58,692 bases of DNA from Elainellaceae cyanobacterium. GTDB taxonomy: Bacteria; Cyanobacteriota; Cyanobacteriia; CAZCXK01. The position numbers were made by a program, and so were the translations under genes. The DNA is taken from assembly GCA_051117555.1 (NCBI GenBank), contig JBNPEG010000001.1, positions 45,334-104,025 on the forward strand, written 5' to 3'. Shown here piece by piece: positions 40,791 through 51,691 of this stretch (within the stretch, counting starts at the first letter, position 1; the number at the start of each line of letters is the position of its first letter). Below the pieces are notes generated by a model. The model worked only from the letters and a program-made list of their open reading frames with translations, did not search any database and was not told where the DNA came from.

Positions 40791-43064
40791 ATGGCTTCAC
40801 CTCAGCCGCCCTCTCCCCAGCCCCCCAATAAGCCGAAGACGATACTTGGTACGATTACGCAGGCGTTTCAGTCTGTTCAGGCCAAGGTGGATTTCTCTAA
40901 GCTTGCCCTTAAGCCAGATGCTAAGGTTCCTGAACTCTGGGTGCAAGATTCAGAATCAGACCAAGCCGACATCTACCCATTACTTGGCGATCGCTACCTT
41001 TTAGGGCGGAGTTCTAAATCATGCGATATTGTTGTTCGCAATCCCGTGGTCAGCCAAGTTCATCTTTCTGTGACGCGAGACAGTCGACAACCTCGCAATC
41101 CCTTCGTTATCAAAGATGAGAAATCGACAAATGGTATCTATTTGGGTAAGCGGCGAGTTGCTAAACTTCCACTGCGTCATGGAGACATTCTGACACTCGG
41201 GCCCCCTGAATTAGCCGCAGCGGTACGCCTGCAATTTGTCGATCCGCCTCCTTGGTACGTTAAAACTGCGAGATATGGGTTATACGGATTCTTGGGGATT
41301 ACGGTTCTCACGGCAGCATGGATTGGGGCAGAATGGCAGAAATTTTCGGTGCGCCCTCTTCCTGCTTCGGTTCAGGGACCTGTTATTGTGTATGCGGGTG
41401 ATGATGAAACTCCGCTCCGGCCTCCTCGAAATCAAGCTCACATAGAGTTGGCGCGACTGTCAGATTTCTCCCAATATCTGCCCAAAGCCGTGATTGCATC
41501 GGAAGACACACGATACTACTGGCATTTGGGCATTGACCCTCTAGGAATTTTACGAGCTTTAATCACCAATATTCGCGGCGGAGAAATTCGAGAGGGAGGT
41601 AGCACCGTATCGCAGCAGCTTGCGCGGAGTGTCTTTCGAGACTATGTAGGCACAGAGGACTCACCCGCTCGAAAACTGCGCGAAGCCGTTGTCGCACTCA
41701 AATTAGAAACATTTTATAGCAAAGATTTTCTGCTCAAGACTTACCTCAATCGAGTGTATTTAGGAAGCGGCAATTCTGGATTTGAGGACGCAGCTCGGTT
41801 CTATTTTGATAAGTCTGCAAGCGATCTAACTCTTTCGGAAGCAGCTACCCTCGTAGGAATTCTCCCGGCTCCAAATCGGTTTAACCCAGTAAGAGATTAC
41901 GAGGCAGCAGTTTCATTGCGAAATCGAGTTATTAGTCGCATGGCTGCTTTGGGAATGGTCAGTCAAGAAGAGGCTCAACGGGCAAGGCGATCGCGCATTG
42001 AAATTAGTCCAAAAGCTATCGAAGAACTTGAAAGTACAATTGCTCCATATTTCTACGCTCAGATCTTTTTTGAGCTAGAGGCGCTCTTAGGCAGTCAGCT
42101 AGCCCAAGAAGGAAATTTTATCGTTGAAACCGAGCTTGATCCTCGCTTGCAAACATTTGCCGAAAGTTCGCTCGAAAACTCCATCGATACCACGGGTGCA
42201 GCGCTTGGGTTTTCTCAAGGAGCAATCGTTACGTTAGATTCAGCAACGGGGTCGGTGAAGTCAATGGTTGGAGGACTAGATTTCCAACAAAGTCAATTTA
42301 ATCGAGCCACTCAAGCGTTGCGACAACCCGGTTCGACATTTAAGGTATTTGCGTATACTGCTGCCCTTGTACGAGGCATCTCTCCTGGCACCCAATTTTC
42401 GTGCGCTCCGCTCAATTGGGGAGGGCAGTTATTTGAGGGGTGTCGCTCCGGCGCGAGTAGCCAGGATATGCATAGCGGTTTAGCCCGCTCAGAAAACGTA
42501 GTTGCGCTTAGAATTGCCCAAGAAGTTGGGCTTGATGCCGTTGTCCGAGTGGCTCAGCGCATGGGAATTCAATCTGACCTTAACCCTGCCCCAGGTTTAA
42601 TTTTGGGGCAGAGTGAGGTAACGCTAATGGAAATGACGGGAGCCTTCGGGGTCTTAGCAAACCAAGGCGTCTATAATCGTCCCCATCTCATCACTCGCAT
42701 TCTTGACAGCAGCGATTGTGCCAATTCAAACGACTTAAGCACATGTCGGGTTATTTACAGCTACACAGAGGATGCAGAGTCAAATATGTCGGTCATTGAC
42801 TCATCTGTTGCCGATCGAATGACTGGTTTACTTCAGGGGGTCATTCAAGGGGGAACGGGGCGCAATGCTTATATTGGGGTTGGAGAGGCCGGAAAGACAG
42901 GCACCACCAATGACAATATCGATTTGTGGTTTGTAGGGTACGTACCTCGCCAAAATTTAGTCACGGGCATTTGGTTAGGAAATGACGATAATACTCCGAC
43001 ATCAGGGAGCAGCGCTCAGGCTGCTAATCTATGGGGAGACTATATGCAGCAAGTCATACGTTAA
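40791..43064 (+). CDS. FHA-domain class A penicillin-binding protein (transglycosylase/transpeptidase)
   Basis: FHA (LGRS...VSQVH...STNG), TM, SEDTRYY/GGSTVSQQL, PGSTFK, SEN, GKTGT. Confidence 0.92.
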   Translation: MASPQPPSPQPPNKPKTILGTITQAFQSVQAKVDFSKLALKPDAKVPELWVQDSESDQADIYPLLGDRYLLGRSSKSCDIVVRNPVVSQVHLSVTRDSRQPRNPFVIKDEKSTNGIYLGKRRVAKLPLRHGDILTLGPPELAAAVRLQFVDPPPWYVKTARYGLYGFLGITVLTAAWIGAEWQKFSVRPLPASVQGPVIVYAGDDETPLRPPRNQAHIELARLSDFSQYLPKAVIASEDTRYYWHLGIDPLGILRALITNIRGGEIREGGSTVSQQLARSVFRDYVGTEDSPARKLREAVVALKLETFYSKDFLLKTYLNRVYLGSGNSGFEDAARFYFDKSASDLTLSEAATLVGILPAPNRFNPVRDYEAAVSLRNRVISRMAALGMVSQEEAQRARRSRIEISPKAIEELESTIAPYFYAQIFFELEALLGSQLAQEGNFIVETELDPRLQTFAESSLENSIDTTGAALGFSQGAIVTLDSATGSVKSMVGGLDFQQSQFNRATQALRQPGSTFKVFAYTAALVRGISPGTQFSCAPLNWGGQLFEGCRSGASSQDMHSGLARSENVVALRIAQEVGLDAVVRVAQRMGIQSDLNPAPGLILGQSEVTLMEMTGAFGVLANQGVYNRPHLITRILDSSDCANSNDLSTCRVIYSYTEDAESNMSVIDSSVADRMTGLLQGVIQGGTGRNAYIGVGEAGKTGTTNDNIDLWFVGYVPRQNLVTGIWLGNDDNTPTSGSSAQAANLWGDYMQQVIR

Positions 43065-43291
43065 TGATTTGGGATGCTGTTTGTCTGCTCCCCAACGTGA
43101 TTTTACATAAAAAATCTAAAAAGATTTGCTAGATGTAGTGAAGCATAGCTGTCATTCAGGTGGAGATCGGATATGATCGCCGCAAATGCAGTTTGACTAT
43201 AGAAGTATAAGGGAGGCAACCGTGAATCCTGGAACTTCTGTCCAACCGTTTGACTAGCTATATAGTGATTGCACCTGGTTCGGAGAGGATC

Positions 43292-43591
43292 GTGACTATC
43301 TATATTGGGAATTTAGCCTTTCAAGCAACCGAAGATGATATTCGGGAAGTATTCGCTGAGTATGGGACTGTTAAACGAGTGAGTTTACCGACCGATCGAG
43401 AAACGGGGCGAAAACGAGGCTTTGCCTTTGTGGAGATGGAAAATGAAACCGATGAAGATTCTGCTATCAATGAGCTGGATGGGGCTGAATGGATGGGTCG
43501 AGAGATCCGATTAAATAAAGCGAAGCCTCGCGAAACTCGCAAAAGCAATAGTAGCCGAAACGCCGATGCTAGTCTATCTAGCGAAGGCTAG
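43292..43591 (+). CDS. RRM RNA-binding protein (Rbp family)
   Basis: IYIGNL (RNP2), RGFAFVEM (RNP1); GTG start after TTCGGAGA. Confidence 0.92.
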   Translation: MTIYIGNLAFQATEDDIREVFAEYGTVKRVSLPTDRETGRKRGFAFVEMENETDEDSAINELDGAEWMGREIRLNKAKPRETRKSNSSRNADASLSSEG

Positions 43592-43972
43592 TATCTCATT
43601 TAACGCAATTATCCTCTAAGGCAGTCTAGGCAGGTCTGAAATAAAGTTGGACGGGCCGGTCGTTGCCGCTACGATTTAACTCAGGTCGGCCAAGCATAAT
43701 CGCTATGGGCGATCGCCTTAAATTACTAATGCTGTACCGTTCTGCGCTTACTTCTCGATTCAGCCCTAAGACAACTTACGAAATACCGCAAATTGACAGC
43801 TTAGATTGCAACTAAGATTAAAGAATTGAACTCTAAACGCAAAACCTTCGTTATGCTGATTTCAGCTTAACGAATCTCTCTTAGTTTGGATCTCGGCTTT
43901 TGCAATCCGTAACAAAAGAGAATATGAATTGACGATCCGCATTGGGTTGCGGTTACTTGAGTAGCGCCGTTC

Positions 43973-45517
43973 ATGTCTCGGACACGTATTCTAGTCATCC
44001 TAATTGGCATTGTCCTCACATTTGGACTAACCCTGTGGCTAGTTGTGTCGATTAGTCAGCTATACTATACGATCGCGCTCACGTCTCGCTTCTTAGCGAA
44101 CGTTATACTGGTCATCATTCTGGCTGTGTTAGCCGCCTTGATCGGGGCACTCATCTATTACGCAATCCTCTTTCAACGGCCCCGGCAATCGTCACGACGA
44201 CCGATTCCGACCGTTAGCGACCAGAAAGCTGTGGCTGCTGGAGAAACCCTACAGGCGATTCGTCAGCAAGTGTCTCAAATTCAAGATGAAGTTGCCCGAC
44301 AGGTATTACTTGAACGCTCCCGAGACATTGAAGAAAATCTGGCTCGCGGTGAACTACGCGTCGTAATTTTTGGAACAGGTTCGGCTGGTAAGACCTCAGT
44401 TTTAAATGCGATTTTAGGTCGAATTGCGGGTCAAGTAGGCGCTCCCATGGGGACAACTGGCGGCGTGCAAACCTATCGATTTCGCCTAAAAGGAGTCGAG
44501 AGAGAAATTTGGTTTACTGATACGCCAGGAATTTCGGAAGCGGGAATTCAAGGTACTCAGCGAGAACAGATTGCTCGACAATTAGCGACTCAAGCCAGTT
44601 TGCTGCTGTTTGTTATCGACACTGACCTACGGCAGTCGGAATATAAACCGTTGCAGACTCTTGCTGAGATCGGTAAGCGATCGCTGATTGTCTTTAACAA
44701 AGCTGACCTATATACCGACGCTGATTTAGATGCGATTTTGAGCCGGCTTGGGCAACGGGTGCAATCCTTTAATCCCCTTCCAGATATTGTGGCGATCGCA
44801 GCAAACCCCCAACCGATTCAACTCGACACAGGCGAACGGATTCAGCCTGATCCAGATGTTCTTCCTCTACTCAAGCGCATGGCGGTAATTCTGCGGCAAG
44901 AAGGAGAAGATTTGGTCGCAGATAACATTTTGTTACAGTCTCATCGCCTCGGAAAAGAAGCTCGTCAGATTATTAACGAGCAGCGTCATCGTCAAGCCAA
45001 TCAAGTTGTTGAACGGTTCCAGTGGATCAGCGGTGGTGTTATATCGATGACCCCATTACCCGTTGTCGATTTGCTTGCCACTGCGGCCATCAATGCCCAA
45101 ATGGTTGTTGAAATTGGTCGGATATATGGCTGTGATATCAACCTAGATCGAGGGCGAGAACTTGCGATTTCGCTCGCCAAAACTCTCACCGGCTTGGGTA
45201 TTGTTAAAGGAGCCGTCGAACTCTTTTCAATGACCCTACAGCTTAATGCAGGCACCTTTGTAATTGGTCGAGCGATTCAAGGGGTTACAGGTGCCTATCT
45301 AACCCGTATTGCCGGGAAAAGTTTTATCGAATACTTTCGTCGCAATCAAGATTGGGGGGATGGCGGTATCACCGAAGTTGTACAGCACCAGTTTCAGTTA
45401 AACCGGCGGGATGAATTTATTCGATCATTTGTTCAAGAGGCGATCGCCCGCGTTGTCAACCCCATTATCACAGAGACACAGCCTGATTTTGGAGTGCGCG
45501 ATCGCGACAAGATCTAG
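43973..45517 (+). CDS. YcjF/DUF697-family membrane-anchored GTP-binding protein
   Basis: 2 TMs, GTGSAGKTS, DTPG, NKAD, PLPVVDLLA. Confidence 0.85.
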   Translation: MSRTRILVILIGIVLTFGLTLWLVVSISQLYYTIALTSRFLANVILVIILAVLAALIGALIYYAILFQRPRQSSRRPIPTVSDQKAVAAGETLQAIRQQVSQIQDEVARQVLLERSRDIEENLARGELRVVIFGTGSAGKTSVLNAILGRIAGQVGAPMGTTGGVQTYRFRLKGVEREIWFTDTPGISEAGIQGTQREQIARQLATQASLLLFVIDTDLRQSEYKPLQTLAEIGKRSLIVFNKADLYTDADLDAILSRLGQRVQSFNPLPDIVAIAANPQPIQLDTGERIQPDPDVLPLLKRMAVILRQEGEDLVADNILLQSHRLGKEARQIINEQRHRQANQVVERFQWISGGVISMTPLPVVDLLATAAINAQMVVEIGRIYGCDINLDRGRELAISLAKTLTGLGIVKGAVELFSMTLQLNAGTFVIGRAIQGVTGAYLTRIAGKSFIEYFRRNQDWGDGGITEVVQHQFQLNRRDEFIRSFVQEAIARVVNPIITETQPDFGVRDRDKI

Positions 45518-46061
45518 ATCGACATCATAAATTTTTGATTTTTTCAGGAATCCTCTGCAATGGGCGCGTAGATCACCTTAGCAACATACCGATGTTTGCT
45601 ACGGAATAAACGCTCTCCAGATCGCTAATTTTAAGGAGGTTAATTGCCCCTTACGACATACAAGCTATGTCCGATCTATTCCCAATCGCTTATCACATAG
45701 TCACTTGATTAGCCACTAATTAGCCACGATTTTTTGACGTAAATGAAATTGCTTGAGCACTATTTCTGTCCAAAAAAGCAGACGAAAGTGACCTAAAGTT
45801 GGGGGTTGGATTGCAGAATCTTTGCACAACTTTTATCAAATTCAGCTCGAAATTAAAGTCGAGTTTGAGACTTTATAAACCAACTTCCAATCTTTGAAAC
45901 CTCTTTATAAAGAGTCGAGCTAACTTGTTCTAAACTCCAGTGGAAACCCTCACGAAATGGAACATCTATTGTGGTTAGCAAGTCCTAATTATTGGGAATA
46001 CTAACGACAACCGGTGGAGAGCCCCCTAAATTAGTTACCTGGAGCAACTGAGACGATCACT

Positions 46062-47339
46062 ATGCCAGCACAACCGATACCAGTAAAACCTTTCTACGCT
46101 GAGGCAGACTATGATGAGCCTTCTAATGCTCTCGATTTACAGTCGGGTAGTGCAGACCTCAATCAAACCGATATTGATGCTGAGCACACTGCTAGCGACC
46201 TGATCAATTTGGATTTAGATGATGAGGATACTGCGTCTCTCAATCGGGGCGCCAGTCGCCGCACAACCGATTTAGTGCGGATGTATCTTCAAGAGATTGG
46301 TCGAGTCCGCCTTTTGGGGAGAGATGAAGAAGTATCGGAAGCTCAGAAAGTTCAGCGCTACATGCGATTATTAGATCTGTGTCATGAAGCTGCTGAAAGC
46401 GATGACCTAATGCAGCGTTACGCCGAGCTGATTGAGGTTCACGACCGCCTGGCGTCTAATCTTGGGCATCGCCCGTCCTGGGAGCGCTGGGCAAGTGAGG
46501 CTGGAGTTCTGCTCGAAGAGCTTAAACCTACATTGTCACGGGGTCGTCGACGTTGGGCCGAACTCGCAACTATCAGCCTCGAAGAACTTGATCTCGTTCA
46601 ACGTGAAGGAACTGCTGCCAAAGATCACATGATCAAGGCGAATCTGCGGCTCGTTGTCTCAGTTGCCAAGAAATATCAGAATCGAGGACTTGAACTGTTA
46701 GACCTCATTCAGGAAGGCACTCTGGGATTAGAAAGAGCCGTTGATAAGTTTGATCCGACAAAAGGGTATCGGTTTAGCACGTATGCATACTGGTGGATTC
46801 GCCAAGGCATTACACGGGCGATCGCCACTCAAAGTCGAACCATCCGCTTGCCGGTTCACATTACCGAAAAACTCAACAAGATTAAGAAAGCTCAACGTAA
46901 AATTTCTCAACAGAAGGGTCGGACCCCTTCGATTGAAGACATCGCGGCTGAGCTTGATATGACCGCTCCCCAAGTTCGCGAAGTCTTACTGCGCGTGCCC
47001 CGTGCTGTTTCCCTAGAAACCAAGGTCGGCAAAGAGCGAGATACCGAATTAGGTGAACTGCTTGAAACAGATAGCATTTCTCCCGAAGAGACGCTCATGC
47101 GAGAATCTCTCCATCGAGATCTTCAGCAACTGTTGACCGACTTAACGACGCGAGAGCGCGATGTCATTCGCATGCGGTTTGGCTTGGGAGATGGCAATCC
47201 TTATTCGCTAGCGGAAATTGGTCGTGCGCTTGATCTTTCACGAGAGCGCGTTCGGCAGATTGAAGCTAAGGCATTACAAAAACTGCGTCAACCTAAACGC
47301 CGCAATCGCATTCGGGACTACTTAGAGTCATTGACCTAA
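46062..47339 (+). CDS. sigC: Group 2 RNA polymerase sigma factor SigC
   Basis: TTDLVRMYLQEIGRVRLLGRDEEVSEAQKVQRY, ANLRLVVSVAKKY, FSTYAYWWIRQ, SRERVRQIE. Confidence 0.88.
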   Translation: MPAQPIPVKPFYAEADYDEPSNALDLQSGSADLNQTDIDAEHTASDLINLDLDDEDTASLNRGASRRTTDLVRMYLQEIGRVRLLGRDEEVSEAQKVQRYMRLLDLCHEAAESDDLMQRYAELIEVHDRLASNLGHRPSWERWASEAGVLLEELKPTLSRGRRRWAELATISLEELDLVQREGTAAKDHMIKANLRLVVSVAKKYQNRGLELLDLIQEGTLGLERAVDKFDPTKGYRFSTYAYWWIRQGITRAIATQSRTIRLPVHITEKLNKIKKAQRKISQQKGRTPSIEDIAAELDMTAPQVREVLLRVPRAVSLETKVGKERDTELGELLETDSISPEETLMRESLHRDLQQLLTDLTTRERDVIRMRFGLGDGNPYSLAEIGRALDLSRERVRQIEAKALQKLRQPKRRNRIRDYLESLT

Positions 47340-47388
47340 GCCCTGACGTTTTCTCCCTCTCTCTCCAACAGTTGACCGACTCATCCTT

Positions 47389-47415
47389 AAGGCACGATAC
47401 ATCGTGCCTTTTTTT
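47389..47415 (+). terminator. Intrinsic terminator after sigC
   Basis: aaggcacgat-ac-atcgtgcc followed by a T run. Confidence 0.8.
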
Positions 47416-47667
47416 GCGATTTGCGCGTTGAGTCTAGAAAGAGTGGTGTGAGGAATACCGTCCCTAGAGCGCATACTGCTACAAGGGAGGGGAAAGAGAA
47501 ACATTGCGAAGTATAACAGTGTGTTGCAACTCTTAATGTATATAGCGGTTTCCAGACTGTTTCCCTTGATAGACTTAATGACGTGGAATGCAACAAGATA
47601 CCTCGCCTCCTCATTTTGAGTGCGGTAGTAGGTTAGGAGCAACGTCACAAACGAGATAAGAGTAGCA

Positions 47668-48744
47668 ATGGTAGATTCCGTCAAAAAACCTGTTTTTGAA
47701 GAACTCCGACCTGGGATTAAAGCGCCAGCCAAGGAAACCATCCTAACGCCTCGCTTTTATACGACTGACTTTGACGAGATGTCAAATATGGACATCTCGG
47801 TCAATGAGGATGAATTGCGGGCGATCTTGGAAGAATTCCGGGTTGATTACAATCGACATCACTTTGTTCGTGACGAAGAATTTGAACAATCTTGGGATCA
47901 TATCGATGGCGAAACTCGTCGTCTGTTCGTCGAATTTCTAGAGCGTTCTTGCACGGCTGAGTTCTCGGGTTTTCTTCTTTACAAAGAATTATCCCGCAAG
48001 CTTAAAGATAAGAGCCCGGTGTTAGCCGAGTGTTTTTTGCTGATGTCTCGTGATGAAGCTCGTCATGCGGGATTTTTGAATAAGGCAATGTCTGACTTCA
48101 ATCTGTCGCTTGATTTAGGCTTTCTGACGAAGAATCGTAAGTACACCTTCTTTAAGCCAAAGTTTATTTTCTACGCCACATACCTGTCTGAAAAGATTGG
48201 CTATTGGCGTTACATCACCATCTATCGTCATCTAGAATCTCATCCAGAAAATCGTATTTATCCGATTTTCCGCTTCTTTGAGAACTGGTGTCAGGATGAA
48301 AACCGCCACGGCGACTTTTTCGATGCGTTGATGAAATCGCAGCCTCACATTCTCAATGATTGGAAAGCAAGGTTGTGGTGCCGTTTCTTCTTGTTGTCGG
48401 TTTTCGCCACGATGTTTTTGAACGATATTCAGCGCTCTGGGTTTTATGAATCGTTGGGATTAGATGCGCGAGACTATGATATTCATGTCATTCGCAAGAC
48501 CAACGAGACGGCGGGGCGAGTTTTCCCGATTGTGTTGAATGTCGATCATCCAAAATTCTTTGGAATTTTGGATGAGTGTATTCGCAATAATGAGAAGCTT
48601 TCGGCGATCGCCAATTCTGATACGCCCAAGGTGTTCCAGTTGATTCAAAAGCTGCCCTTGTACGCATCCAATATGGTGAAGTTTACGCGGCTTTATTGCA
48701 TGAAGCCTATCGACGTGATGAATCTGCACAGTGCAGTTCGATAG
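47668..48744 (+). CDS. acsF: Mg-protoporphyrin IX monomethyl ester oxidative cyclase
   Basis: [35 protein letters not shown]. Confidence 0.97.
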   Translation: MVDSVKKPVFEELRPGIKAPAKETILTPRFYTTDFDEMSNMDISVNEDELRAILEEFRVDYNRHHFVRDEEFEQSWDHIDGETRRLFVEFLERSCTAEFSGFLLYKELSRKLKDKSPVLAECFLLMSRDEARHAGFLNKAMSDFNLSLDLGFLTKNRKYTFFKPKFIFYATYLSEKIGYWRYITIYRHLESHPENRIYPIFRFFENWCQDENRHGDFFDALMKSQPHILNDWKARLWCRFFLLSVFATMFLNDIQRSGFYESLGLDARDYDIHVIRKTNETAGRVFPIVLNVDHPKFFGILDECIRNNEKLSAIANSDTPKVFQLIQKLPLYASNMVKFTRLYCMKPIDVMNLHSAVR

Positions 48745-48787
48745 ATGCAGTTCGATAGTTAATTAACTCCTTGTTTGATTGGAGAAA

Positions 48788-48819
48788 GCGGTTCTGCCTG
48801 TGGCGGAGCCGTTTTTTTT
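48788..48819 (+). terminator. Intrinsic terminator after acsF
   Basis: gcggttctgcc-tgt-ggcggagccg followed by a T run. Confidence 0.8.
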
Positions 48820-48864
48820 GGAGTGGCATTTGCTAAGATGCATTGACACTTTTTTTTCCAATGC

Positions 48865-50007
48865 ATGAATTCACAGACTGTTTTGAAGATTGAGGGCGAT
48901 CGCGTCTGGACGATTCTCTCAGCGTTTGTGACATCCACTCTAGTCTCTTTTCCTTCAAGTGCGATCGCATCTCCCATTGATGCGCTCACCTCTAACCAGC
49001 GCGAATCGACTCAACTCTTTGTGTCGTTTAATCCATCCGAACGCTGTTATACCCACCTTGATACCTTTGATAACAAGGGAGTGAGCGACGATACACCAGA
49101 TCATCACCTTTGCGAGTGGCATTTTTCAACGCCATCTGCGGCGACTGCCCCATCACACGGGCTGATTCCAACTGTTGAATTATCGAGCGGTGGCATCGTT
49201 ACACCAGATCCCGATCTTGAAAATTTGAGGAGAGAAATCCCTCACTTGCTGTCGTCATCACATCCAGGGGCGATCGCGCAGACTACTATCCCTGCATCCG
49301 ATCGCGGCCACGAATTATCTAATGATTCGATGAATGATTCTTCTGGTGATTCTAGAGAGACTCCTGATGACTCTATAGAGGATTCTATAGAGTCAGATAA
49401 CTCTGTTGAGCAACTCGACCTCGATCCAGCACTGGTTGAGGACAGTCCGGTTTTCCAGCGTTGGTTAGAGGAAATTCCCGATATCGCTTCTGATATTGAC
49501 CGTGATCCAAGTTTTCGTACCCGCCTCCGCCTTGGCTATGTAGATGTGTGGTCTGCTGACGATGGAGAAGGCTTTACTGTTGGGATTGAAGACGTATTTT
49601 TAGGTCAGACGGGGTTGACGCTCAGCGCAGACTATCAATCAACTTTTGATGGTGAGCATGAATCAGTTGGAGCAAACCTGCGATATTACATCTTACCGCT
49701 GGGTCACTATGTCAATATTGCGCCCCAAGTTGGATATCGAAATCTCGACGTTGAGGGATTTGCTACCGATGGGCTCGACCTCGGAATTCGGGTGATTGCC
49801 GTACCTTCTCGAACTGGAGCGGCTGATATTTCGGTGAGTCAACGCTGGGTGAATCCAGGGAGCGATCGCCACGAAGTGAGTCTCACAACCTTGACCTTTG
49901 GCTATGCTGTAACTCAACGCCTCCGTGTATCAACCGAGTTTGAATGGCAGAAAAACCCGGATGACACTGACAGACGGCTTGGCATCGTATTGGAGTGGAT
50001 GTTGTAA
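48865..50007 (+). CDS. Hypothetical secreted protein with probable C-terminal outer-membrane beta-barrel
   Basis: Signal-like segment, acidic disordered linker, amphipathic strands ending GIVLEWML. Confidence 0.6.
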   Translation: MNSQTVLKIEGDRVWTILSAFVTSTLVSFPSSAIASPIDALTSNQRESTQLFVSFNPSERCYTHLDTFDNKGVSDDTPDHHLCEWHFSTPSAATAPSHGLIPTVELSSGGIVTPDPDLENLRREIPHLLSSSHPGAIAQTTIPASDRGHELSNDSMNDSSGDSRETPDDSIEDSIESDNSVEQLDLDPALVEDSPVFQRWLEEIPDIASDIDRDPSFRTRLRLGYVDVWSADDGEGFTVGIEDVFLGQTGLTLSADYQSTFDGEHESVGANLRYYILPLGHYVNIAPQVGYRNLDVEGFATDGLDLGIRVIAVPSRTGAADISVSQRWVNPGSDRHEVSLTTLTFGYAVTQRLRVSTEFEWQKNPDDTDRRLGIVLEWML

Positions 50008-50318
50008 AAAAAATTTCCCCCAACATTTTAGTCGAAGGAAACTAATCCAGATCCAAACTATGTGGAGAAACATCTCTATGAAAGAGAACCCATGGTAGAC
50101 GCAAACTTTAAAATGCAGATTTTAGGGAATACAGATTAAATGCGCAAAAACCGACGCGACACTTGAATTGGCCTCAACCGCAACACATCCAATCATTTGC
50201 TTGCAATGCGGAACCGCTGCTCTGCGGGATATCTAGATCAAACCCTAAGTAATATGAACAAACTATATCACCGTGATCCTATCGCTGCAACATTCAACGA
50301 TGCTGAATTTGCAAATGA

Positions 50319-50410
50319 TATAGCCCTACGGACTCAGATTTGTGAGTAGAACCCGCGCGGCGCTGAGGTTTTACTCACGTTCAGCTCCTAACGCAAGAGC
50401 ATGAGGCTAT
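50319..50410 (+). repeat. Dispersed repeat family A, copy 5 (full length)
   Basis: tatagccctacggactcagattt ... ctaacgcaagagcatgaggctat. Confidence 0.8.
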
Positions 50411-50446
50411 CATGAACAATAACGTATCGAATACAGGAGGCTACGT

Positions 50447-50521
50447 ATGTCGGTCACGGTCACTCTCACCCCATTTATCACCGTTTGCTGCAGCCACAGA
50501 GCAGCCTCAATATTCGTTTGA
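50447..50521 (+). CDS. Putative 24-aa leader peptide (uORF) of rsgA
   Basis: AGGAGG 6 nt before ATG; MSVTVTLTPFITVCCSHRAASIFV*. Confidence 0.45.
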   Translation: MSVTVTLTPFITVCCSHRAASIFV

Positions 50522-50619
50522 TTAACGCGATTGGGTCGGATTTAGTCGAACGAAGATAGATTGAGAATTCCTCTGTGAGCAGTGTGGCTTGTCATACGTC
50601 ACCACGAGGAATAGTAATC

Positions 50620-51681
50620 ATGCAGTTAGATCAACTCGGCTGGAATTTACGATTTTCCAGTTACTTTCGGGTGTTTGAACAGAGTGGATTCATTCCAGGG
50701 AGAGTGACTGTTCAGCAACGAGCACTTTATCAGGTTTATACCCAGCAGGGAGAAATCCTCGCGGATATATCGGGCGCATTTCGTCATCAGTCGACGTATC
50801 TATCCGATTTTCCAGCAGTCGGAGATTGGGTTGCGCTGCAACTTCATGATGACTCGAATGGAATCATTCACGCTGTGTTGCCGCGAACCAGTCAATTCTC
50901 TCGAAAAGTAGCTGGAAACACGACGGATGAACACGTCCTTGCAGCCAATATAGATACGACTTTTCTCATGTCGGGATTAGATCATGATTTCAATCTCAGG
51001 CGGATTGAGCGTTTTCTCATCATGGCGTGGGAGAGCGGTGCTAAGCCCATTATTATTCTCAACAAAGCCGATCTGTGCAACGATGTTGATTTACGAGTTG
51101 CTGAAGTAGAGGCGATCGCTCCAGGCGTACCCGTTGTGTGTCTGAGTGTGCTGCATCAGTCTGGAGTCGACCCAATCATGCCGTATCTCCGAACAGGCGA
51201 AACTATCGTCTTACTGGGCTCATCGGGGGTTGGCAAATCGACGTTAACTAATCAACTTTTGGGAATCTCGAAGCAGGCTGTGGAGTCAGTTCGACCCGAT
51301 GATAGCCGAGGTCGCCATACGACCACGCATCGAGAATTAGTGCTCACTCCGTCTGGAGCCTTGCTGATTGATACGCCAGGGTTAAGAGAAATCCAGCTTT
51401 GGTCGGGGCACGATGCAATCGATGAGGTGTTCACGGATGTCGAGGAGCTTGCTGAACAGTGTCGCTTTCGAGATTGTCATCATCGGCAAGAACCTGGCTG
51501 TGCAGTACAAAAGGCGATCGCCGATGGGAGGCTTGATCCAGCGAGGCTCACGAGTTATCAAAAACTGAGCAAAGAACTAGATTACGTGACTCGTAAACAA
51601 GATGAGCGCCTGCAATCTAATACAAAAGCCCGTTGGAAACAGATTCATAAAGCGATGCGAAAGCATCCGAAGCGGAGATGA
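50620..51681 (+). CDS. rsgA: Ribosome small subunit-dependent GTPase A (long form)
   Basis: PAVGDWV, NKADL, GSSGVGKST, GRHTTT, DTPG, CRFRDCHH.EPGC. Confidence 0.93.
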   Translation: MQLDQLGWNLRFSSYFRVFEQSGFIPGRVTVQQRALYQVYTQQGEILADISGAFRHQSTYLSDFPAVGDWVALQLHDDSNGIIHAVLPRTSQFSRKVAGNTTDEHVLAANIDTTFLMSGLDHDFNLRRIERFLIMAWESGAKPIIILNKADLCNDVDLRVAEVEAIAPGVPVVCLSVLHQSGVDPIMPYLRTGETIVLLGSSGVGKSTLTNQLLGISKQAVESVRPDDSRGRHTTTHRELVLTPSGALLIDTPGLREIQLWSGHDAIDEVFTDVEELAEQCRFRDCHHRQEPGCAVQKAIADGRLDPARLTSYQKLSKELDYVTRKQDERLQSNTKARWKQIHKAMRKHPKRR

Positions 51682-51691
51682 GAAACGTAGG

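Noticed and set aside
40791..43064. FHA-PBP fusion as a novelty
   Set aside because: This architecture is already known in cyanobacteria.
47328..47741. Minus-strand 137-aa ORF and the many other short antisense/overlapping ORFs in the track
   Set aside because: They overlap well-supported genes or terminators and show no recognisable motifs; treated as shadow ORFs.
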